DNA of 64,000 bases from contig DIIC01000043.1 of NCBI GenBank assembly GCA_002420425.1, positions 26,989-90,988 on the forward strand, in the 5' to 3' direction. The notes beneath the pieces were generated by a model. That model was not told where the DNA came from. It did not search any database and saw only the letters and a list, made by a program, of their open reading frames with translations. This DNA is from Proteobacteria bacterium UBA5680 (lineage in GTDB: Bacteria; Pseudomonadota; Gammaproteobacteria; Arenicellales; UBA5680). How positions within the stretch are numbered: the first letter of the stretch is position 1; each line of letters starts with the position of its first letter. The position numbers were made by a program, and so were the translations under genes. Below, one piece after another: positions 53,936 through 61,813 of this stretch.

Positions 53936-55096
53936 CTATCCGCTCCTGTTGGAGGCGTGTAGTCTCATATAACGCTGAACCCCTTTGCGGATTGCCCCTG
54001 CAATTTGCTTCTGATGGGATTTTGAATTTAACAACTTCTCTTCGGTCGGATTGGTAATAAAAGCCGTCTCTACCAGAATCGATGGAATATCCGGTGATTT
54101 AAGAACAACAAATCCAGCTTGCTCAACATATCGGCTATGCACCTTTCCAATTCTTGCGAGCTCCTTTAACACATTCGAGGCAAGCACAATGCTGTCATTG
54201 ATTGTCTTGGTGATTGACATGTCAAGAAGGACCTCTGCGAGCTGATCGTCCTTATCAGCGATACTGACGCCGCCCGCAAGGTCGGCCGAGTTCTCCTTTT
54301 TCGCCAACCAGCGGGCTGTCTCACTAGAGGCCCCGCGACGAGAGAGTGCAAAGACCGAGGACCCTCTCACTTGTTTTTTGGGAAAAGCATCGGCATGGAT
54401 AGAGATAAAAATATCAGCCTTATATTTTCTTGCCAGGGTGGTGCGCCTGCGCAGGCTGATGTAGTAATCACTCTTTCGGGTTAACACCCCCCTTACTCCT
54501 GGAAGGGCATCCAACTGTTGCTTGAGCTCTTTGGCAATAGCCAATACAACATTTTTCTCTCTAGTTCGGCGTGAACCAATGGCACCCGGGTCTTCACCGC
54601 CATGGCCGGCATCGATCACCACCACAAAATCACCAGCATCTCCTTCAGTGGTCTGCGACGATTTTCCAGAGGGGTCAGCGCGGGCCACAGGTGTTGCGAT
54701 GCGGTTTAAGTCAATCACCAACCGATAACCATAAACATCATTTGGCAGGAGAGAGAACACGCTGGCCTTTAACGGTAAATCAAGGTCGAGGACAATTCTC
54801 AACTTCTCCGGCGAAGGCACCCCCTTTCTTACCTTGCTAATAAAGGGTCCGGCTTTTTGGTTTGAAGGAAGTTCGCCATTAAAGCGTGCCCGATCAAAAT
54901 CAACCACAAGTCGTGAAGGATTTTCCAGGCGAAATACTTTGTATCTGACAGGCCCATCCAGATCAAACACCAGACGAGTTCGGGTTGGCGCGTGCCAAAA
55001 CCGCAGATTGGTCAACGAGACTGAATCTGCAGAGGCAATATCTCCCCAGCCAAGAAGCACCACCAACAAGACGATGAAAGAGATTCTTGAGTTCAA
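53936..55096 (-). CDS. amiB: N-acetylmuramoyl-L-alanine amidase with N-terminal AMIN domain
   Basis: Signal peptide, AMIN-like LRFWHAPTRTRLVFDL ... LVVDF, and Amidase_3 motifs VVIDAGHGGEDPGA and SIHADA. The symbol is assigned from the tsaE-amiB-mutL synteny. Confidence 0.85.
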   Translation of the reverse strand: MNSRISFIVLLVVLLGWGDIASADSVSLTNLRFWHAPTRTRLVFDLDGPVRYKVFRLENPSRLVVDFDRARFNGELPSNQKAGPFISKVRKGVPSPEKLRIVLDLDLPLKASVFSLLPNDVYGYRLVIDLNRIATPVARADPSGKSSQTTEGDAGDFVVVIDAGHGGEDPGAIGSRRTREKNVVLAIAKELKQQLDALPGVRGVLTRKSDYYISLRRRTTLARKYKADIFISIHADAFPKKQVRGSSVFALSRRGASSETARWLAKKENSADLAGGVSIADKDDQLAEVLLDMSITKTINDSIVLASNVLKELARIGKVHSRYVEQAGFVVLKSPDIPSILVETAFITNPTEEKLLNSKSHQKQIAGAIRKGVQRYMRLHASNRSG

Positions 55097-55099
55097 CTC

Positions 55100-55543
55100 T
55101 TACAAGCCCTCATTTTCCGTCCAACACGGATCATCTCTAAACAACCGGTACGCCACATCACGGCCTTCTTTTGTATGGCTGATTTCAAAAGCAATGGCCG
55201 GACTGGAGAACAGATCCCCCCCTTTGTCAGGCCATTCAACAAGGCAGATATCCTGGTTATTGAGATAATCACGACAGCCAATCAGTTCAAGTTCTTCTGG
55301 ATCTTCAACACGATAGAGATCAAAGTGGTGGATTGATATGTCGGCAATTGTATAGCTTTCAATCAGGGTAAAGGTTGGACTCCGAACAATGCCTTTGTAG
55401 CCAAGCCCCTCTAACAGCCCTCTTACAAGGGTGGTTTTTCCTGCACCAAGATCACCTCTGAATGAGGCAACGGTTCCTGGCTGCAGGCACCTGGCCCAAC
55501 GACGGCCCAACGCCACCATCTCTGACTCACCCACCACCCTCAT
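55100..55543 (-). CDS. tsaE: tRNA t6A37 biosynthesis ATPase TsaE
   Basis: P-loop GDLGAGKTTLVRG and the motif SPTFTL. Confidence 0.9.
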   Translation of the reverse strand: MRVVGESEMVALGRRWARCLQPGTVASFRGDLGAGKTTLVRGLLEGLGYKGIVRSPTFTLIESYTIADISIHHFDLYRVEDPEELELIGCRDYLNNQDICLVEWPDKGGDLFSSPAIAFEISHTKEGRDVAYRLFRDDPCWTENEGL

Positions 55544-57087
55544 TCGGTCTTGCCCAAATCCGACTCCAGGCCGACAAGACGATTTCGATGCCGCCGGATT
55601 CCAGCCATAAGATCGAGTGCCACCATCCCAATTTCACCCTCTTCTTCAGCACTGGAATCAGCCGCCAGAGCATGTAACCACACCCCCGCCGAGGCTGCGT
55701 TCAGTGGGGTCATTCCCTGAACCAGCAGACCACCGATCACTCCTGAGAGTACATCCCCCATACCTCCAGATGCCATTCCGGAATTACCACGCTGACACAA
55801 CAGTGGAAGTTGCTCTTGTTGTCCCACCAGTGTCCCTGAACCTTTCAACACACAGACCCCACCAAATCGCCTGAGAATGGCCTCCATTGAAGCGAACCGA
55901 TCATTTTGTACCTCACCACTGACACAGTCGAGCAGTCTTCCTGCCTCTCCGGGATGAGGCGTTAAGATCCAGTTCTGACGCTGCAAATGAGCACTGTTGT
56001 GGCCTCCAAGCTTTACCAGCTGGTTCAATCCATCAGCATCGATAACCAGGGGGAGGTCGCACTCCAGGAGCTGTTCCAACATCTCAGCGGCCCACTCCCC
56101 GTTTCCAAGTCCCGGCCCGGCGACAACCGCATCAACCTCATCAATCAACACTCCAAGTGCTGTTCTGTCTTCAACTCCCCGGGTCATCAGTTCTGGTCGA
56201 TGGATCCCAATCTGTGCCGCATGTTCTCGCCGGGTTGCAAGGGTCACCAAACCGGCCCCTACCCGATATGCCGCTTCACCTGCCATAGTGACAGCCCCTG
56301 ACATTCCGATATCTCCGCCGACAACCAACAGCCGTCCGACCTGACCCTTATGGACATCCTGTGGTCGATGGGGAAGAGAAGCGGCTATCTGATCATCACT
56401 CAGACATCGTGCCGTTGGGGTGACGCGATCATAGGCCTGTTGGGGGACTTCGAGCGCTGAAAGATGCAACTCACCACAAAACTCTCGTCCACGACCGGTA
56501 AATAATCCAGGCTTGAATCCAATAAAGGTAACAGTGACATCCGCTTTTACCACTCTCCCCGGTGTGGCGCCGGTATCACTCTCAAGCCCTGAAGGAATAT
56601 CCAGCGAGAGCACTGGGGTGCCGCACTTGTTGATCAGACTGATGACTTCCCTCACCGGCCCCTCGGGAGGGCGGGTGAGACCTGAGCCCAACAGGCCATC
56701 AACAATAACCTCACCCCGACAGAGAGCTTCAGTGGTCGCCGGCTGGAGCTCAAGGCCTGCCTTCTCGGCCTGATCACGAACCTCTCGCGCTTCATCACTC
56801 TTGGGCTCTGAGTACCCCACCAGGGTAACTTCTATTCCACTCTCAACAGCAAGGCGGGCCACTACATAGCCGTCCCCACCATTATTTCCCGGGCCACAGA
56901 CGACAACAAGACGTTTAAGGTCTGGCCAATGGCGGTTGAGCACTGAAAAAGCAGCAGCACCGGCTCTCTCCATCAGTGTTAAAGCAGAAATCTCAAACTC
57001 ATCAATAGCGATCGATTCAAGCCTGCGAACCTGATCCGCAGTGAAAAGATGAAGTTTTGGGTTGATGTGGGAGAGATCTGTCATCAC
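55540..57087 (-). CDS. nnr: bifunctional NAD(P)H-hydrate epimerase / ADP-dependent dehydratase
   Basis: A YjeF_N domain (CGPGNNGGDGYVVAR) plus a carbohydrate-kinase-like C-domain (GSGDVLSG-like GMGDVLSG). Confidence 0.9.
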   Translation of the reverse strand: MMTDLSHINPKLHLFTADQVRRLESIAIDEFEISALTLMERAGAAAFSVLNRHWPDLKRLVVVCGPGNNGGDGYVVARLAVESGIEVTLVGYSEPKSDEAREVRDQAEKAGLELQPATTEALCRGEVIVDGLLGSGLTRPPEGPVREVISLINKCGTPVLSLDIPSGLESDTGATPGRVVKADVTVTFIGFKPGLFTGRGREFCGELHLSALEVPQQAYDRVTPTARCLSDDQIAASLPHRPQDVHKGQVGRLLVVGGDIGMSGAVTMAGEAAYRVGAGLVTLATRREHAAQIGIHRPELMTRGVEDRTALGVLIDEVDAVVAGPGLGNGEWAAEMLEQLLECDLPLVIDADGLNQLVKLGGHNSAHLQRQNWILTPHPGEAGRLLDCVSGEVQNDRFASMEAILRRFGGVCVLKGSGTLVGQQEQLPLLCQRGNSGMASGGMGDVLSGVIGGLLVQGMTPLNAASAGVWLHALAADSSAEEEGEIGMVALDLMAGIRRHRNRLVGLESDLGKTE

Positions 57088-57104
57088 CGGTATGATAGTG
57101 CTCT

Positions 57105-58178
57105 GTGAATGTGAAACAAACCAATAATAACCTGAAAGATCCGGATGATCTCCCCCTCAAAATAAAACATTGGGGGAGAGCGCTCGGTTTTCAATCTATT
57201 GGCTTCTCTAACACCGCGTTGGGCAAGGCAGAAAATGAGCTCAATGGGTGGCTCTCACAGGGTTTTCACGGCGAGATGGATTATATGGAAAAACACGGGA
57301 TCAGAAGATCCCGCCCTGCTGAGCTGATTCCTGGGACCAAGAGCGTGATTATCTGCAGGATGAACTACCTCTCTACAACCACTGGAGTTGCACAGAAATC
57401 ACTCTCAAACCCTGAACAAGGCTATATTGCCCGTTATGCACTTGGTCGTGACTACCACAAGACAGTCAAAAAGCGACTTGCCAAACTCAGTTCACGAATT
57501 GAGGCTGAGGTAGGTGAATGTGGCCATCGTGTCTTCAGCGACAGTGCTCCGGTGCTCGAAAAATCTCTCGCCGAGAAGGCCGGCCTGGGCTGGGTGGGCA
57601 AACATACCAATCTGCTCAGTAAGGAGTGTAGTTCGTGGTTTTTTCTTGGTGAGATCTACACCACCCTCCCTCTCCCTCCAGATCAGCCTGTTCAACCACA
57701 CTGTGGTGATTGCTCTCGATGTCTTGAAGCCTGCCCGACCACCGCCATTGTCGCCCCTTATCAACTTGATGCCAGACGATGCATCGCTTACCTGACGATT
57801 GAGCTTCACGGCTCTATCCCGATTGAATACCGCTCTTCCATCGGCAACCGGATATATGGCTGTGATGACTGCCAGCTGGTCTGTCCCTGGAACCGGTTTG
57901 CTCAAACTTCCGATGAACCGGACTTTCTCCCACGCCATCAACTTGATCACTCCACTCTGGTAGAACTTTTTTCATGGTCAGAGGAACTCTTTTTAAAGAG
58001 AACTGAGGGCTCAGTCTTCAGGCGACTCGGCCACATCAGATGGTTAAGAAATATTGCCGTTGCCCTGGGTAATGCCCCACCATCAGATCAGATCTTCAAT
58101 GCCCTCAAGTCAAGAAGCCAGCACCCCTCTGAGATTGTCCGTGAACATGCTCTCTGGGCCCTCGACCAACATCTCTAG
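57105..58178 (+). CDS. queG: epoxyqueuosine reductase
   Basis: Two 4Fe-4S motifs, CGDCSRCLEACPT and CDDCQLVCPWN, plus a C-terminal HEAT-like segment. Confidence 0.9.
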   Translation: MNVKQTNNNLKDPDDLPLKIKHWGRALGFQSIGFSNTALGKAENELNGWLSQGFHGEMDYMEKHGIRRSRPAELIPGTKSVIICRMNYLSTTTGVAQKSLSNPEQGYIARYALGRDYHKTVKKRLAKLSSRIEAEVGECGHRVFSDSAPVLEKSLAEKAGLGWVGKHTNLLSKECSSWFFLGEIYTTLPLPPDQPVQPHCGDCSRCLEACPTTAIVAPYQLDARRCIAYLTIELHGSIPIEYRSSIGNRIYGCDDCQLVCPWNRFAQTSDEPDFLPRHQLDHSTLVELFSWSEELFLKRTEGSVFRRLGHIRWLRNIAVALGNAPPSDQIFNALKSRSQHPSEIVREHALWALDQHL

Positions 58179-58226
58179 CCACTCTCTTCAGAAGAGCTTG
58201 TGATGACGATAGAGATTATTGGGAAC

Positions 58227-58817
58227 TCAACTATTACGTAAAAACCGACTTCGGTAGTGACGCAACTCCTCGATCGACTCACGAATATCATCAAGAGCCT
58301 TATGAACACCTTTTTTGACAAAAGCATCGTGAACCTGCGGATTCCAGCGTTTGGCCAACTCCTTCAGAGTGCTCACATCGAGATTGCGATAATGAAGATA
58401 GGATTCCAGCTCAGGCATATACCGATAGAGAAATCTTCGATCCTGGCAAATTGAATTCCCACAAAGAGGTGATCCCCCCCTGGGAACATGCTGCTTAATA
58501 AAATCAAGCGTCATTTGTTCAGCCTGCTGTTCACTTATCTGAGATTGGCGAACCCGGTCAACCAGACCGGTCGCTGAGTGGGTGCGCGTATTCCACTCAT
58601 CCATCCCATCAAGCCTGCTTTTGGACTGATGGAGTGCAATGACAGGGCCTTCAGCAACCATTTCAAGGTTGCTGTCGGTAATAATCGTAGCAATCTCAAT
58701 GATCCTGTCGCTATCAGGATCAAGGCCTGTCATCTCAAGATCGATCCAGATCAGGTTTTCTTTTCCTGCTACAGGCTCAACGGTCCCCTCAGCATCTTCT
58801 TTCATCTCATCTCTCAT
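58227..58817 (-). CDS. orn: oligoribonuclease
   Basis: DEDDh motifs [11 protein letters not shown] and [14 protein letters not shown]. The true start may be internal. Confidence 0.93.
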   Translation of the reverse strand: MRDEMKEDAEGTVEPVAGKENLIWIDLEMTGLDPDSDRIIEIATIITDSNLEMVAEGPVIALHQSKSRLDGMDEWNTRTHSATGLVDRVRQSQISEQQAEQMTLDFIKQHVPRGGSPLCGNSICQDRRFLYRYMPELESYLHYRNLDVSTLKELAKRWNPQVHDAFVKKGVHKALDDIRESIEELRHYRSRFLRNS

Positions 58818-58884
58818 AACAATTTGAATAACTTAATCCTGGAGTGGTTGCACTCACCAGGGCCTCGGTGTGTGAGCGAGCGCC

Positions 58885-58910
58885 TGAACACTGAACACTG
58901 AACACTGAAT
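58885..58910. repeat. heptanucleotide tandem repeat (TGAACAC) x3 plus a partial fourth copy
   Basis: The sequence tgaacac tgaacac tgaacac tgaat is read directly, 68-93 nt upstream of the orn start on the opposite-sense strand. Confidence 0.85.
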
Positions 58911-59164
58911 CCCAACCCTGCCATCACTGCCATCCAGCGCATAGTGGAGAAACTTGTGTTAACCGTTCTGATCATCGTTGTACCTTGCAATTTCCATTAC
59001 ACATTGCACAATATCGCAGTCGAGAGAGATGAACAAATATGATTCTTTTGTCTGGCAAGTAAAAACCAGCTTACAGATCATTGCAATCGCCAACATCAAT
59101 TGCGTGTTAGTATGAAAGTCAATAACGGTAGCAAACCGAACTCGGATTCGACGCCATTTTCACT

Positions 59165-60295
59165 ATGAATAATCCTACTATTGTAATAAGCGGTACAGGC
59201 CTCTTCACCCCCGCCGAACTGATCACCAATGAAGAGTTGGTTGAGAGTTTCAATAAGTATGCTGAGCGGTTCAATTCCTCACATCACGATCAAATTGGAC
59301 GAGGGGATCTAGAAGCCATACCACTGTCGAGCGTAGAGTTTATTGAGAAGGCGTCCGGAATCACAAAACGCTACGTCATCGACAAACGGGGCATCCTCGA
59401 TCCCGAAGTGATGGCGCCACAAATAGCAGAGAGGACCAATGATCAACAGTCACTTCAGTGCGAAATATCGGTTGCCGCCGCTCAGCAGGCTCTTGAAGGT
59501 GCAAATCGTCAAGGTGGAGAGATTGATGCCGTTATTGTCGCCTGTTCAAATATGCAACGCCCCTACCCCGCTATGGCAATAGAGGTTCAGGAGGCGATTG
59601 GGGCCCAAGGATTTGCATATGATATGAACGTGGCATGTTCATCTGCCACTTTTGGCATGCAGGCCGCTTATAATGCGATTATCTCAGGCTCAGCAAGTCG
59701 GGTGTTGGTCGTCAATCCTGAGATCTGCTCAGCCCATCTGGACTGGGAAGATCGTGACTGCCACTTCATTTTCGGCGATGTCTGTACTGCGATTATTCTA
59801 GAGAGGGAGAGTGAAGCGCTCTCTGACCATCGATGGGAGATACTCGGCACCAAGCTAAGCACCCAATACTCAAACAATATTCGTAATAATTTTGGCTTCC
59901 TCAATCGCTGCGATCCTGCTGGCATTGGAAAGCCGGACAAACTCTTCAAACAGAACGGACGAAAAGTATTTAAGGAGGTCTGCCCGATGGTGGCACAGTT
60001 GATCACTGACCATCTGGGTGAGCTCAACATCAAAACTTCAGATCTCAGTCGAATGTGGTTACACCAAGCGAACCTGTCGATGAACAGACTGATCTCAAAA
60101 AAAGTGCTGGGAAAAGAGCCAACGGAACAAGAGGCTCCTGTCATCCTCAACCACTATGCAAACACGAGTTCTGCTGGATCCATCATCGCCTTTCATCTCT
60201 ATAATGCTGATCTCAAGAATGGAGATCTCGGGATAATCTGCTCCTTTGGTGCGGGGTACTCAATCGGGAGTATTATTATAAAAAAACAGATGTAA
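59165..60295 (+). CDS. beta-ketoacyl-ACP synthase III family protein (long, ~375-aa subgroup)
   Basis: KAS III catalytic triad context: NVACSSATFG (Cys), WLHQANLSMN (His) and YANTSSAGSI (Asn). The N-terminus, VISGTGLFTPAELITNEELVESFN, is typical of the long FabH-like subgroup. Confidence 0.8.
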   Translation: MNNPTIVISGTGLFTPAELITNEELVESFNKYAERFNSSHHDQIGRGDLEAIPLSSVEFIEKASGITKRYVIDKRGILDPEVMAPQIAERTNDQQSLQCEISVAAAQQALEGANRQGGEIDAVIVACSNMQRPYPAMAIEVQEAIGAQGFAYDMNVACSSATFGMQAAYNAIISGSASRVLVVNPEICSAHLDWEDRDCHFIFGDVCTAIILERESEALSDHRWEILGTKLSTQYSNNIRNNFGFLNRCDPAGIGKPDKLFKQNGRKVFKEVCPMVAQLITDHLGELNIKTSDLSRMWLHQANLSMNRLISKKVLGKEPTEQEAPVILNHYANTSSAGSIIAFHLYNADLKNGDLGIICSFGAGYSIGSIIIKKQM

Positions 60296-60437
60296 TCTGA
60301 GTAAGGCGGCGGCCTTGCGGATCGTTCGCTCCAACACCGACTGTGTTATCAACAGAAAATCCTGAGTGCTTCCAGGCCAGGAGCCGGTGGGCAAACTCCT
60401 CGGTGATGGCTTCGTCTTCAACCAGGTAATCCAGTAC
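60296..60437 (-). mobile_element. relic fragment of an IS91-family (Y2/HUH rolling-circle) transposase gene
   Basis: The minus-strand frame gives VLDYLVEDEAITEEFAHRLLAWKHSGFSVDNTVGVGANDPQGRRLTQIT. From memory, the W(K/R)HSGFSV..N core and flanking pattern match the central region of IS91-type transposases. The fragment is truncated on both sides by the convergent flanking genes. The track ORF 60260..60442 is in a different frame. Confidence 0.5.
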
Positions 60438-60447
60438 TGCATGAATT

Positions 60448-61065
60448 TTAATAGAGATACTTACTCAGTTCCAACCGAAACACAGTAAATACCAGCAGGA
60501 ACAGGATCATTTCTGCCACTGTGACCACATACAAGATATAGGTAATACGACGTGCCATCGGTTTCATCGGCTGCCATATTTTGCGCATATACCATGGCCA
60601 GCCGGGAACCCATGACCAGCGCTTCCATCGATGCAGGTAGCCGTGCAGGTCGTTTCCCCAATTGACCAGGCTTTTGTCCACCTCATCGATACGCTGTTCG
60701 CGTTCACTCGCCGGGGTTCCAGAATAGTCGTCAGTGACGATCAGTCTGGAGTTGCCGTCGTCCTTTGGTTCAACATGGAAACTGGTAGAAGTGCGCAGGC
60801 CCTGCTGGTAGCTAACCTTGATACCATCATCCGAGCTATCTATGCTGAGCGCTGATTCCAGCAGCCTGCCATTGCTCAGATTTTTTAATTTAAAGCTAAA
60901 TTCTTTGTCGTTAATTAACTGCCAGCTATCAAACACCAGCATCGAATTGATTCGATATAAGCGTTCTATATCGTCCAGAAATGCGCGTAATTCTTTGGTA
61001 TTAAAAGGTGTATCGATACTGACCCAGGCAGAATCTTCATTGTCTGGAACGGAGCTTTCACTCAT
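60448..61065 (-). CDS. hypothetical protein: START/SRPBCC-like soluble domain with a C-terminal Trp-rich segment and TM anchor
   Basis: A 205-aa protein. The secondary-structure pattern (beta, a long helix NTKELRAFLDDIERLYRI, a beta-rich middle, then a C-terminal helix) suggests an SRPBCC fold. This is followed by WKRWSWVPGWPWYMRKIW and the TM helix ITYILYVVTVAEMILFLLVFTVF. I recognise no family motif. Confidence 0.5.
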   Translation of the reverse strand: MSESSVPDNEDSAWVSIDTPFNTKELRAFLDDIERLYRINSMLVFDSWQLINDKEFSFKLKNLSNGRLLESALSIDSSDDGIKVSYQQGLRTSTSFHVEPKDDGNSRLIVTDDYSGTPASEREQRIDEVDKSLVNWGNDLHGYLHRWKRWSWVPGWPWYMRKIWQPMKPMARRITYILYVVTVAEMILFLLVFTVFRLELSKYLY

Positions 61066-61529
61066 GGTTTCGGGTAAGGAACTACTATCAATGACATGGT
61101 CAGCGAGCGAGCCAACAGCTCCAGATCCATGCGTGAGCGATAACCCTCAACGCCTTTGGGTCGCGGTGAACCAATAACAGCTAGACCAAAATCATCCTGC
61201 CCGGCAACATCTAACAAACAGATCGCCGGTTTGCCCAGGCGCACCGTGTTCGAGTAATTAATACCAGCCTGATCACAGGCTTGTGTCATACGCTCCAGTT
61301 CAGCTGCGGCTTCTTGCGCCAACTGACTTTCCACATAGTTGCCAAATCGAATCTGGGTAACTGCGTTATTGAGCCAGTCGTCCCCCATCATTCCTTTCCA
61401 GAAATCCGGCACCACCAGAAGCTGGTGCAGGCTGGCGCCTTTTTCGACACATAAATCGATAGCTGCCAGCTCGGCTGCGCGGGCACCATCCGTACCGTGA
61501 CTGGCAAGAATTATTTTTTTAACTTTCAA
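61062..61529 (-). CDS. universal stress protein family (adenine nucleotide alpha-hydrolase-like) protein
   Basis: USP-like layout (KKIILASHGTDGA ... LAVIGSPRP ... SLIVVP). The canonical G-2x-G-9x-G(S/T) ATP motif is not obvious. TTG start. It shares an ATGA overlap with the downstream 205-aa gene. Confidence 0.6.
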   Translation of the reverse strand: MKVKKIILASHGTDGARAAELAAIDLCVEKGASLHQLLVVPDFWKGMMGDDWLNNAVTQIRFGNYVESQLAQEAAAELERMTQACDQAGINYSNTVRLGKPAICLLDVAGQDDFGLAVIGSPRPKGVEGYRSRMDLELLARSLTMSLIVVPYPKP

Positions 61530-61570
61530 GGAATACTGTTAACGCTGAACACCCGTCGGGTGAATTCAGA

Positions 61571-61606
61571 AAATAAAAAAACCTGGCGCCCATTAAGAGC
61601 GCCAGG
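61571..61606 (-). terminator. rho-independent terminator
   Basis: Minus-sense CCUGGCGC-ucuuaaugg-GCGCCAGG is followed by UUUUUUUAUUU. It lies 22 nt after the stop of the 56-aa ORF. Confidence 0.8.
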
Positions 61607-61628
61607 TGCACTGGATGTGCTACACAGT

Positions 61629-61799
61629 CTATGGGACCATAATGTAAACGCCAAGGGCTATTGCCATCGCTGCTAGCAGCGCGATAAAATCCTCGGCACG
61701 GTCACTGTGGAATATTGACAATGCGGAGCCGCGATGGAACTTGGCATCCGCTTCTTCTTGCAGGTCGGTGTCCTGCGAATCATGTTGTTGATCTGTCAT
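61629..61799 (-). CDS. 56-aa tail-anchored miniprotein (acidic N-terminus, single C-terminal TM helix)
   Basis: ATG 61799 is preceded by GGGGGA at a 7-nt spacing, 12 nt after the transporter stop. Translation: MTDQQHDSQDTDLQEEADAKFHRGSALSIFHSDRAEDFIALLAAMAIALGVYIMVP. A terminator follows. It is below the ORF-track length cutoff. Confidence 0.5.
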   Translation of the reverse strand: MTDQQHDSQDTDLQEEADAKFHRGSALSIFHSDRAEDFIALLAAMAIALGVYIMVP

Positions 61800-61813
61800 T
61801 TCTCGATCCCCCG

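Noticed and set aside
58944-59042. 32-codon hydrophobic ORF (GTG start; MEKLVLTVLIIVVPCNFHYTLHNIAVERDEQI), considered as a type I toxin-like peptide
   Set aside because: It has a non-ATG start with no SD and no obvious antisense-RNA architecture. Its hydrophobicity alone is insufficient evidence.
60260-60442. 60-aa ORF from the supplied track between the KAS III gene and the 205-aa gene
   Set aside because: This frame (MQYWITWLKTKPSPRS...) is meaningless. The informative frame on the same strand is the IS91-transposase-like one, reported as a relic.
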